A DNA stretch of 64,000 bases, taken from positions 9,486,001-9,550,000 of the forward strand of contig CM068757.1 in assembly GCA_035084275.1 (NCBI GenBank). The letters are read 5' to 3'. This DNA is from Hydrolagus colliei. Lineage: Eukaryota. The notes below the pieces were generated by a model. That model searched no databases. It had not been told where the DNA came from and worked only from the letters and a program-made list of their open reading frames with translations. The translations under genes were made by a program, and so were the position numbers. This document shows positions 1 to 12,900 of this stretch, in pieces (position 1 is the first letter of the stretch; each line of letters starts with the position of its first letter).

Positions 1-3000
1 GTTGAGAGTGTATAGAGGCCTTGCAAAAACTTGTACAAGGGACTTTTGGGGGAGGGATGGGGGGAGAGAAGAGATTTCCTATTTCAGTTTCACATTAAAC
101 CTCAGTTTACTTTAATCCTATCATTGCCCAGAATGATGGTGAACCATCTGAGCCACAATAAAATCAATAAAATCAAAGTACTGTAATCGCATTAAAAAAA
201 ACAATTAAAGCAAATACATCTTAAATCTATTATTCACCAATCACTAGGATTTTTATGTGATTTTATTTTTGGGAGGGGCAATTCATCCTCCCATTACAGT
301 TTCATGCAGTCCAATGATCTGGCTTCAACCTTCCTTTCTCTTTGCTGGTAACCCTGTTCACGATGTTGATTACAATTTGGGCAAAGGTTCCTTGTTTCTG
401 TCCCTCAGTCTATACACTTCGTCCATCAGAAAATATTGATAGCATCTAGAGTGATGCTCTGTGTCTCCCGAGCTAACAATTCATAAGTGAACCATCAGCT
501 CAATGACTCCATTCTGGCTGATTTCAAAGTGGCAGAAGGAAATTAGGTATTTCTTGCAAAAAGTTTTATACTGTTCTTTTCCATTCTGTGTGAAAGGGAA
601 CTCTTCACGTTGAAAGTCTTTGTAGTATAAAATCGTTAACGCTGCCTCTCAAAGCAGCAGGATTAATGGGGGTCAGGCTGCTGGGAGCTGGAGGGAGATG
701 ATGTGGCATCTTTGTGTGACTCACTTGGTTTGGAAAGGAATCAAGGTGAAGGTGATTGTCCTCAAAACTTTCCCACTGCTCCTTGCAAAAGGTGGAAGTT
801 GCAAATCCTTCATGTCCAATTAATAATTATTGTTGCCGTTCAAAGATTAGCCCGTAAAACATTTAAAACACCTGTAGCTTGACTTTCTGTGGCTATTTAT
901 GATGTGTGTCTTTCACGTTCCCTTCATTCTATTCTTAGCTTCTTTCTTTCCATCATAACGATACTTGTTAATATAATATCGAATAAAAACATCCGCATTT
1001 GATCCTAAGTACCGTACTTTGCAGCTTAATTCTGTAATGTCTAGTGACTGGACAAATGTGGCAGACAATTTGTACACAATGGTTCTTCAAACATCTGCGA
1101 AGTCAATGACCATTTTGCTCTGCCTATTTTTGTTGTATTCTGATGCATTGTGTCCCTCGATGTTCTCTTGATAATAATAATAATCCTTGCATTTCATATA
1201 GGGCATTTCATGTCTTCTAGAATTACTGTCTTTATTTTGTTATAAAAGCAAAGTTCTGTTGATGGTGCTTCTCAGTGGGTTAAAGTCACTGCCTTATGCG
1301 GTGCCAAGCCATAATGGATCAAAGGTTCCCTTGATGCTAAATTGGCTGATCTGAGCTGGAGCAACAGTAGGGGTACTATAAATGATCTGAACAAGCCTGG
1401 GTTGGGTGAAGTATTAATGAGATAGAGTTACCTCAGTTACAACTCATTATCTATTAACTCATATGGATGTGTAGCTATCATCTGAGGACAGCATGGTGGC
1501 TCAGCTGTGATTAAATCCCAGGTGGTTGAATATCCTGCTGAATATCAGTCTAGATTTACAGATTCTTAGTTGCCCAGGTGGAACTGAGTGACATGTGGAG
1601 CTGTCCTAGAGTGACCCTGCGTTAGATTCATGGCCTCTAGATTGGCAGCCTGCAGCAACTGACTCAGTTCCAACCAGTTTGTATGAACCCTTCTGCAGAC
1701 ACATAACAAAGCCTTTACCTGGTAGCATAATTGCAGTGTCAACATCTCTCGTGTTTCCACATTGGTTTAAGAGTATTGTAGTGTCATTCATCACCAAAGT
1801 CTGTTCCACTTGCTCGGCATTTGGCTGCACAGTCAGACTTTTAAAGTATGGGGAAGGGCGATAGTTTATTTTAACCAGACTTGAAGCTTGCCATTTCACA
1901 CACTGGCCTTGTTTCTACACCAGGTGCTGCTGTGTGAGATCCATTGAACAGGGGAAACTCAGCAACTCAGAAAAAAGTGTGACCCCTCAAACAGGCTATG
2001 TCTTTGGGATTACTGACAGCAAAGTCCTGCCTCCCACTGTCCAGCGTTCCCCCGTTCTGGCCTCTGTTTTTGAAACAACTCCAAAGATATGCTCTTGAAA
2101 TTGTTTTTTGAGAATGTGATGATCCCGTCTATAAAACTGATCAGGAATTGTTTGGTATTGCTGGGCCAATATAATTATAATATAGAGGATGCCACAAAGC
2201 GCAGCAAAGGATATGCTGTAAAGTGCAAATATTGCATTTCATGGATGAATAGGACAGCTAATTTGTGCGTAACCTGTCTTTTGCGCCTTATAAACCATTG
2301 CTTTTGTTTGAGATGTTATACTTCATTACCATCAGTAAACCTAAGTGGGAGGAAGGGAGAAACTATTTATCTCAGAATCTCAGCAAAATAGGTGAATAGA
2401 AAGGGAAGACTTTGTGGTAAACTTATTGTATTGAGTACTGTACTGTAATAAGAATCTTCCAACCCAGACCCAACCAGGTGTTCAAATCACATTGTGTGTG
2501 ATAGAAGTGTTTTTTAAGTATTGGGACATGCTCCTGAAGTGAAAGGCGCTCTATAAATGTAATTTTATTGTTGTTTAAGGCTTTACAATACAAAACATAG
2601 TTTGAGTTCTCTCTAGGATAAATTTGTCTCAGTGTGGCTGAGGTTTGTGTGTGTGGTATGTCTTGTTTGCTTATGTTTGCAGGATTAAGTGATTTGGCTT
2701 CCAACAGTGGAGTGGTGTGGATTAGGAGGTCTGATTACTTGCTTGCTTTGAGTGTGAACGAGCTTTATATTGGCCAAGGGAGAGTGGAACCCCATTTGGC
2801 TCCCACTCAGCATATGAATTGCACTGCTTCTAAGCAACCGTGGTGTTGGGAACAATGTGATCTGCATTGTCTCAACCCAGTATGTTTCATGGCCTGGTTA
2901 TTAATAAACGCATTCATGATGAGGTGAAACATTTCTTATTTGCACCAGAAGCTTCCTCACTGCTTTGCCTTGTACTGCCACAACCAACCCCAAAATGTGG

Positions 3001-3034
3001 CCAGCTGTGTATTTGCGTGACTAGCCATCGAATA

Positions 3035-3065
<31 letters not shown>

Positions 3066-3574
3066 CCTTCACTCGCTGACTGAGTTTGGAATGCAATAGT
3101 CGTTTTGAGATAGGACTATATCTTTCCTTATGACATCCAGCGAGAACTGACATAAATAATAAGTGAGTTGGCGGAGCTCCCACAGGGGCTGGCCATTCTT
3201 CATGAATGAAGCTATTTAATTCCAGACCTATTGGGTCCACAAGTTCATGTCTGTCTGCGGCTGCTGGTTATGACTATAAAGCCATTTTACCAAATAAACT
3301 GCTTCCCCCTTCGCAGCTGTGTCATGAGCTGGCTCTGGCTTATGTAGCATTGACCAGTTGATAGTGCTGCTGGCTGCCTTTGCAATACGCTGCCTCCCCC
3401 CGCCATCCCCCCTCCCCCCACCCTTCATTTCCTACCTCATCACTTTAACGGCTTTGGGTGTATAACTGTCACCCACATCGACAATGGATTCCCTGTTCCA
3501 TATTGAGATTTTGAATCCACATTTCAGGCTAACACCCAACTACAAACTGGCAGAGATGTCTTCCTTCAGGTGAG

Positions 3575-3830
3575 ACATTAAACTGAGATCCTGTCTGTCC
3601 CCGTTCAGGTGGCTATGAAAGATTCCATGGCGCTATTCAAAAGAGAAGGGAGTTTCTGCTGGTGTCCTGGCCAACAATCTCCCAGGTAAAAATCACTCCA
3701 TGGCTGTTTGTGGGACATTGCCTTGTGCAAATTGCCTGCCATGTTCACCTACAAAAATGCAATCACTACATGTTACAATAAATTGTTTGCCTATGAATAC
3801 ACCGTTACTATACCAGCAGAAATTAATCTG
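3575..3830 (+). mobile_element. Deu-domain SINE fragment
   Basis: gtgagacattaaactgag..gttcaggtgg..ggctgtttgtgggacattg core. Confidence 0.65.
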
Positions 3831-3935
3831 TGAAATTGAGTTACTTTACTGTATCAAGTTTAATAAGTTATTAACTTACGTTTTGCATTGGTGTTCGCAT
3901 GTTATTACATCGCCCGGTTTTCCCTTTCTCTGCAG

Positions 3936-6900
3936 GACACTGGCTTATATTATGACCGCTACCTCAGGGAAGTGATTGATGTGCTGGAAACGGACAAGCA
4001 TTTTCGGGAGAGGCTTCAGACGGCGGATATAGAAGAGATCAAGGTACGCTGGGCAACAAGCCAGCAGGAGATCCAGGTTACAGGTTCCCAACCATAACAT
4101 GTTGCAGAGTAGATAGAGGTCATTTGTCCCACCTGCTGCTTCTCTCAAACAGTTAGTCCATTTGGTCCCACTCCCATGACAAGTCCTTGTTACCTTTTCT
4201 CATACTATATTTCTATTCAGTGGCGGCTTTGGATATTGAGATATGAGAGATCAAATCCAAAATGTTCCCTGTCTTTCTCTTTAGGTCCTGTTTGATTTTT
4301 AATTAATATTCCCAGCATTTGTCCACCCCTCCCTCTCCCTCTCCCCCCAACACCCCAGCCTTTGTATTTCCACTTGAGAAGAGGAAGGGGAGAAAAACTG
4401 ATGGAGAAAGAGAGGGGAACTATGTTTCTCCTTGCTACCCTGACTCATCCAGCTCAGAGATCGAGTCTTATAATTCCCAGGCAAAGAGTGGGGGAAGTGG
4501 CTGTTTCTTTGGGGATGGGATGGGATGGGGTGGGGGGGGGGGGGGAGAGGATGAGTATCCTCATTTGTGCTCAGTGCCACTGAACATTGGTCAAGTTCAC
4601 CCGAGTTGCTGAGTGTTACCATATTTAGTGGCGTGGCAGAAGGCCACCAGCAAGGCTGTAGTGTTTTGATCGTGTAAGAGGTTTGGTACTGTATAATGTG
4701 CTACATGTGGTCCCTGCTGCTGACAAAGCAAATCGCAGCGTCTTAATATTTCCATATTAGCATTTAAAAAGCTCGTTAAAATTGTATTAAAGCTTTTAAT
4801 GCTCGGATTCACACGATCCAACCTCGAACGTCTAAAGGTCTTGTGTAGTTTGATGAAAGCGCACAGCATGTTGTTACACAGCACAGTTATAATCCTTTTA
4901 TCCTAGATCTCCCACTACTGTGTGTGCGTGTATAGACTGGTAGAGAAACAGAGTTACTTGGCTCCCCCTACAAGTACCATAAAAAGACTAGCACTATTCT
5001 TTTCCAAAGTGAAAATCCCCTCCCCAGTGTCTTTTCTTTACTGAATGTAAAATGGGCTTTGACATCAAGGTAACCAGTTTTCTAAGACCATCTCCTGGCA
5101 GCTGCTGGGACTGTTTTGCAGGGACTCTGTGTCTGGAAGATCGATCCTGTACCAGGATATAGTGGCAGCTGGAAACTACTGTAGCTTGTGCAGGCACGAG
5201 AAAGGGCTTTGGATGAAGAAGGCTTTTCGATCCATTTGATCTCCTTTCAAAATTCCCTCCCTTTTGCTGCCCTATTATAATAATATAGTATAATAATCCT
5301 TGCATTTGAATACTTCATAAAGTGTTGTTTTTGTTTGCTGATAGCCATGCTTCCTTTATGCTGTACACCTCTCCCAGTCAGCGACATCACAGGTCAGATA
5401 CAGAGTAAATCTCCCTCTGCAATACGGTATTCTGTGAGGGGAAACCTTATTCTTGATAAAGGAACATCTAACATTCTCTGATTATTGTGTGTTTATTGTG
5501 AATAACTGTGTCCAGACAGATTACCATGTAAGGTGTAACTCTGAAGCAGATGTGATTACTTTGGTGTGACTCCCATGTTAATATCTCTTATCTGCTTTAT
5601 TTTGTGAAGGCTGGGAAACTGTCTAAAGAGCTGAACTTAGTCAGTCACATGGTGAGAAGTAAACTGGATGAACTGAAACGCCAGGAGGTATCCCGTTTAC
5701 GGATGCTTATTAAAGCCAAGATGGATGCGCATCGCGGTAAAGGTACTGTACAAGAACTAACCTTGGCTTGCTTACTGTGGCTTATTTACTCTGCTTTGGA
5801 GTCCTGTAGCTCAGTAGTTTACAAGCGAGAGACCTGGGTTCAGTTCCAGGTAGGACGAAACCGTGGGCAAGTTTCTTTGCTGCACACGCCTGATAATGAT
5901 CCCTCAAAAAAACAGTAAGAATTTGGTCACTTCAATCCACGAATGTTTGTGGAACATCTCTGTGTGTAATTGGTTGCCATGTTTCGCCCACAAAATGTAG
6001 TCAATTCACTTTACAGTATATTCTGTGAAGCGCTTTAAGACGTCTTGAAGACGTGAATAGCGCTATATCAAATGCAAGGATTATTAGTAGTCAGAGATCG
6101 TTTTGCCCTTCGCATTCAAGTGATGTTTCCTAACCTAAAGCTTTCTTTCACTATCTTGACACTGCTAAAGCATCCTTCCTCTCAGTGCGTGTTCAGAAAG
6201 CAAAAGCATGATAGATGTAACCGCCTGTTTGACTTTGATCCGTATCTATCATGACAGAGCGTTTCAAAGTACTTCACGTGTCTATTCTGTCAATTGAAGT
6301 AAGTGTTTCTGGGCAAATTGGGTACAGTACCACACTTTTCATTCCATATCATGAGCAGAACAAATGTGTACAGGTTAACTTGTCTGCTAAGAGTAATGGC
6401 CTGAAGAGAAAGTAGCCCTCGTGTGGCAGAGATGTGCTACATGAAACGATTATTTTGGGAGCTGACCTGCCCTAGATTTAAATTGTATGCACAGGAGAAT
6501 AGTGCAAGCAAAGATAATTCAGAGACTTTCCCCATTGCTGCCCTAACTTAACACAGCCTCGAGAGGGTATTTTCTACTAAAAAGAAAGAAACCACTTTAT
6601 CTTCAGTCTACTGATCTTGAAATAAGGTATCAGAAAGGTACAGTTCAAACCTGCTTAAAAACATATAGAATCAAAGCATGAGGATGGAGGAAAGAGGAAG
6701 AGATGCGGTTTGGGGAGGTGAAAAGGAAACACAAAGACCACCCCAAAGTTCACCATCCAGTAAGCCATTTCTTCACGGGGGTGGGAAGAGGACAAATTCC
6801 TTCTGGGTCTAGATTTACTCTAATTATCAACCTGGCTCAATTGGTAGCACTCCCAAATCAGAAGGCTGTGGGTTCAAGCCCCATGTCAGGACTTCAAGCT

Positions 6901-9900
6901 CACATAGTCTAGGCTGGCACTCCAGTCCAGTGTGAGTGCCTCATTGACAGATGTGCCATTCTTCGTATGAGAAACTAAGCCCCCTAGTGGGAGGAAAGAG
7001 GGCAAGATGATCGAGTTGTGAACTCATGCTTTGATTCTATATGTTCTTGTTTCTGGTGCCCGGCCTGCAGTGTTAGTCACATTGAGATGCCCTGGCATGA
7101 AAGGACATGTACAAATGTTGCATTTGGATTGTATTGGCTGACCTCTGCTATTTTCCAACCATCCAGACATCAAAGTAGACCACCAAGCTTTGCTGAAGCA
7201 ATTCGACCACCTCAACCATCAAAACCCGCACAGCTTCGAGGCTGAGGACCTGGAGATGTTGATCAAAACTGTGAGTGCTCATTGTGATGTTTCTCACGCA
7301 AACTGGGCACTCTGTCCAGTAACCCAAAATATGTCTGTAGAGAATTTGTGACAATAGAGGCAGCCATTCTGCTCAGTGGCAGCGGGCAGTACAGCCAAAT
7401 CTGTTCTGTCTGATTTTTTTTTGTGCCCAGATGTTTTCAGTTTCTGTGCAATCTATAAATAAGTGGTGGCCAACAAAATACATTTTCTTGATTGATTTAT
7501 ACTGTCAACCGAAAACACACCATTGATTGAACACTTAACCCGCAGGCCACCACTGCTACAAAAATGATCAGGAGATGGACTGAGATCAATTGGCTCAGCC
7601 CAGGCTGAGATCAGCTAACTCGTACAGTAGTGACATGGGACAGAAATAGGCCACTCAACCCAATCTATCCGTGTCACTGTTTAGGCTCCATATGAGCCTC
7701 CACCTCTCCCATTTTCATCTTCTGTGCATCTCTATTCTCCTTGTGTATGCATCAGGTTTTCTCTTATACATTGTTTTTTGCTTTGACTCCAGTTCACAAT
7801 TCTGACCACCCTCTGTGGGATGAAGTATCTCCTAAATTCCATAATTTAACCCTGGTGCTATTTTTAACCCTATATCCCATTAGGGATATTGCGGACTTAA
7901 TTTCAGTGGTTACTGCGCATGAACAATGGAGCGTGCAAATGTTACTGTCTGAGTTTAGTATTGTGTCTAAATTGGAGTCTCATATGTGTGCAGGCCACCA
8001 CTGACCTGGAGAGCTTTGATCGGGAGCGACACGAAGAGTTCAAGCAATACGAGATGCTGAAGGAGCACGAACGGAGGGAATATCTGAAGACACTGGACGA
8101 AGGGCGGAGGAAAGAGGAAGAGGTGCGGTTTGAAGAGATGAAAAGGAAACACAAAGACCACCCCAAAGTTCACCATCCAGTAAGCCATTTCTTCACGGGG
8201 GTGGGAAGAGGACAAATTCTTTCTGGGTCTAGATTTACTCTAATTATCTACCTGCCTCAATTGGTAGCACTCCCAAATCAGAAGGCTGTGGGTTCAAGCC
8301 CCATGTCAGGACTTTGAGCTCACATAGTCTAGGCTGTCACTCTAGTCCAGTGTGAGTGCCTCATTGACAGATGTTCCATCCTTCATATGAGAAGCTAAAC
8401 CCCCTAATAAAGTGATTCCATGGCACTATTTGAAGAGAATGGAGTTTCTTTTGGTGTTCTGACCAACAATCCCCCAGATAAAATTGTTCATTCACTCCAT
8501 GGCTGTTTGTAGGAAATTGGCTACCATGTTAGCCTACAAAAATACACAGCCACTACATTTCTTACTGTGAAACCTTGAGACATCTCTACAAAATAATAAG
8601 GGGCTAGAATTAATTATTGTGTTCCATGTCCAAAGCCCATTCCAGTCAGGAATCTCTATTTGTGTTACCCAGAAAATGCCCTTTATACTTCAGGACCAGT
8701 ATCCCCTTGTTCTGCTGTTTTGCTGTGACTATGTTGAGGGTTTTCTGAAAGGTTATTTCATCCTCCAAGAATTCCACAGTATTATTGCCACAATGACTCT
8801 GACCCTATGTGTGCTTTGTCCTGTTACCAATAGGGAAGCATGGATCAGCTGAAAGAAGTTTGGGAGGAAACTGATGGCCTCGATCCAGATGACTTTGACC
8901 CCAAGACCTTCTTCAAGCTACATGGTGAGGCTGGGAATCAGTGGCTCCTAAATTTGAGACACAACCCTCTGCAGCAAGGACTGGAGTCCTGATCCTAGCA
9001 TGCAGCAAATGCCGTAGAATCACATGGAATAATGTAGCATGGAAACAGGCCATTGGGTTCAACAGTCTGGCATGGGTCATTTACTGAAGGGGGAGAAATT
9101 GTGTGAGGTGGAGGGAAATGGTGAGAGACGGGAGGTAGATTGGTGGGGGCTGGGTTGATTGGATAGTAGGGAACGACGATATATCGGTATATCGCTAAAA
9201 CCCGATATGATTTTCATATCGATATGCCGATACGGACATTTAAAAAATACCGATATATCGAAAAACGATATATCGAGGTAAAAAATCGGGATGCGAGCAC
9301 AATCAACTACAAGACCCAGAATGCTCATTTCTATACACAATGCATAGACGGAGGTGCAAAGCCGCCATCTTGTATTCATAGTCCTCGAATACAACATACA
9401 GGTATGCAAGGGATGGGGGGAGAGAGACGGCAGTGGGTGGGGGGGGTGAGGGGGAGAGAGACTGCTGGGGGTGGTGGGGGGTGAGGGGGAAAGAGACGGC
9501 TGGGGGAGGGGGGGGTGATGGGGAGAGAGACGGCTGGGGGGAGGGGGAGATAGACGGCTGGGGGGGGGAGAGGGGGAGAGAGACGGCTGGGGGGAGGGAG
9601 AGGGGGAGAGAGACGGCTGGGGGGGGGAGAGTGGGAGAGAGATGGCTGGGGGGGAGAGGGGGAGAGAGATGGCTGGGGGTTAGAGGGGGAGAGAGATGGC
9701 TGGGGGGGGGGGGAGAGGGGGAGAGAGACGGCTGGGGGCGGGGGGGAGGAGAGGGGGAGAGAGACGGCTGGGGGCAGGGGGAGAGAGACGGCTGGGGGGG
9801 AGGGAGAGAGAGAGATGGCGGGGGGGGGGAGGAGAGGGGGAGAGAGACGGCTGGGGGGAGGGGGAGAGAGACGGCTGGGGGGGGAGGGAGAGAGAGACGG

Positions 9901-12900
9901 CGGGGTGGTGGGAGGAGAGGGGTAGAGAGACGGCTGGGGGCAGGGGGAGAGAGACGGCTGGGGGGGAGGGAGAGAGAGACGGCGGGGGGGGGGAGGGAGA
10001 AAGAGACGACTGGGGGGGTGGTGTGGGAGAGAGACGATGGGGGTGGGGGGTGCGAGAGAGGGACGGCGGGGGGGGGGGGGGGCGGAGAGACGGGGTGGAT
10101 GTGATAATATACAGATAGATAGAGATGGGGGGGATGTGAGAGAGGAGAGAGGGAGAGAGGCATAGAGAGACACAGACAGAAAAACACAGAGATGGAGAGA
10201 GTGAGAGACACAGAGAGAGAAAGATATTTACCTCCTGAGAAGATAGGCCCCGAATGCGCGCGCACCCGGAATGCGCGCGTGCGCTCCGATGCGCGCACTC
10301 ATGCGCAGTACGAAAAAACCGAAAATACCGATATTTCGGTATACCTCGATATGAGCCAACCGATATATCCATATCCGGAAAATATTCCCATATCGCCGTT
10401 CCCTATTGGATATTTGTGTGTCATGGGGGAGAGGGGTCTTGTTGCTTGGTTTTCGAGATGGATATTAGCTGGTGGAGAGGATTAATGGGGAAGGGGGAGT
10501 TGGTATGTTTGAGAGGGAGGTAGTGGTGTGTGGGTTTTGTTGTTTGGGTTGGTTGAGTGGGTGTGTGGGGAGGGGTTGGGTGAGGGATAAGAGATATCTG
10601 AATGGAGACCACAATCATCTGTGATTCCTGAGTGAATGTTTGGGAAAAATGTTCAAATAATAATAGAAGATGTTGAATGTTTAATTCACTGACACATTTG
10701 CAATCTGGATTTATTTTTGTTTCGCCACCAGATAGCAATGGGGACAGGTTCCTAGATGAGCAGGAATTGGAAGCTCTGTTTACTAAAGAGGTACTGAGTC
10801 TCAGTTGGGATCATTTGCTCACGTCTTTCACCAAACCCAGCTACGGTGGGCTCTGATTCACAAAAAAATGCATAATCTTTGCGGTTGATGTAGCATGTTT
10901 CACCTCGGGAGCATTTCACGGTAGTGTGTCGTGACTGTTTTTTTGTTGGCAAACACAACAGCCAATTTGCACACAGCAATGTTCCACAAACAGCCATGAA
11001 CTGCATTTCTTTCTCTCCTCTAGTGGTACCATGGGATCCTTAACCTGTCTAGCTGCCTTGTCCCTGGTGATTGGGCTCAGTATAAACAATGTACTTCACC
11101 TACAGCAAAGTCTTCTTATATTATATAGAATCCTGTAGCTCAGTGATTAGAGCACTTGCCTTCAAATGAAAGACCTGGGTTCAATTCAAGGCAGGGTGAA
11201 ACTTTGGACACGTTTGCTTACTCCACACGCCTAATAATAATCTTCACCGCCCCCCACCAAATAAACAACAATAATTTGGTCACTCAATCCATGACTGTTC
11301 ATGGGATACTGCTGTGCACAATTGGCTGCCGCATTTCGCCCACAAATATTCAGTCAATTCACTTTACAGTATATTTCTGTGAAGTGCTTTGAGACGTCTA
11401 GAAGACGTGAAAAGCGCCATATCAAATGTAAGGATTATTAGTAGTAGTACAGTATTTCCCCACAAGATGGAGCTGTGGTGTTCTTTATTGTATCAATCTG
11501 ATTACGTGGATGGGTCTTTTTTCATTTCTGTTTGTCATTACAAATCTGCCCACCAGGTGTCACTATTGGCCTGAATATTTCTATGGTTCTAATCCAGCAG
11601 GTTTTGTAATTTGAGTTAATTTAATTTACAAAAATAAATCGCTCAAACAAAACTGGTTATGGCTGTTTATGGGACATTGCTGCACCCTTTTGATTGCATT
11701 ACACCTCAGTACACATTTCACTCACAGAATATACAGTCAATTCACTTTACAGTCTATTCTGTGAAGGCTTTGAGACATCGATAAGATGTGAAAAGCACTA
11801 TATCAAAGGATTATTAATATTATTATTACATGCTGTGAAATGCTTGAAGACATTCTCCCGATGTGAAAAGTTTAATAATAATCCTTGCATTTGATATAGC
11901 GCCTTATCATGTCTTCGAGACATCTCAAAGCTCTTCACAGAATATACTGTAAAGTGAGTTGATGTAAAATGCAAGGATTATTATCATTCTTTGAGGAAAG
12001 AATATGTTTTTTCCTGCTTGCACCTCACTCGGTTCAGTCTTTGCTTCCTGTTAATCTACTTCATCTTCTCTGTTGCTTCAGTTTGAATGCCATAATTCTT
12101 GTTGTTTATAATTATGCTTCCGGTTGAGTTTCACTGGCCATTTCCTGACTTGGCTTTCAGCCTGGAACTCCCTGTGCACAAAATAAACATTCGAAGCAGT
12201 TCAGAAAATGAGATTGTATAGAAATGAAGTGAACGAGTGGAGACAAATTTAGAGGCTAATTTGTGTCTGAGACATTTTGCTAATAATTTAAGGAGGAGGG
12301 AATGCAACTAGGAACAAAAAAAACTCCCATTCTATGCAATGAACAATACAACAGGAGGCCCATTCAGCCCATTTTATTTCACATCAGGACTTGCACTCAC
12401 ATAGTTGAGGATCACACGCCAATGTTGGGTGGATAGGGGTGGGATATGGTATTGCATTGTCCACAGTGCCGTCTTTTAGATGAGATGTTGAACTGAACTT
12501 TGTCTGCTTGTTCAGGAGGACATTAAAGTTCCCGTGGCACTATTTGAAGTGAGAAGGGAATTTCTCCCAGTGTCCTGCCCAATAATTCCGTCACATAAAA
12601 ATGGGTCACTTCTTTCATGGCTGTGTGTGGGATGTGATGACTTTGGTTTCCTACCTCTTGTCCAAACCACAGCTGGAGAAAATCTACGATCCGAACAACG
12701 TGGAAGATGACATGGTGGAGATGGAGGAAGAGCGTCTGAGGATGAGGGAACACGTCATGAACGAGGTAGGCAGGACAGGCTGAGGCGAATATGTGCTGAG
12801 TTAAATATGGTCCCACCTCTACCTCATTCGGGCTGAGTGTGAGTGTCAGATACTAACCCAGTGCCCGACTTTTCTCAGGTCGACGTTAACAAGGACCGGC

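Noticed and set aside
1580-1672. 11-bp inverted repeat (TGGAACTGAGT/ACTCAGTTCCA)
   Set aside because: Too short, and no TSD to call a MITE.
1-3935. NUCB2 signal-peptide / nesfatin N-terminal exon
   Set aside because: No matching exon found by eye; probably upstream of the window. Short ORFs here look non-coding.
6703-6912. ORF resembling a second nucleobindin gene
   Set aside because: Only a 305-nt local copy of half an exon; no acceptor and no other exons.
9411-10100. CRISPR-like array
   Set aside because: Eukaryotic context; no unique spacers; simple variant tandem repeat.
9303-10372. Long Pro-rich and Gly/Arg-rich ORFs (331, 265, 230, 223 aa)
   Set aside because: They are translations of the G-rich minisatellite in all frames; no splice or codon evidence.
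11128-11200. tRNA gene-like sequences (also ~5798, 41643, 46691, 57079, 62186)
   Set aside because: They are SINE heads followed by a shared SINE body; no complete cloverleaf.
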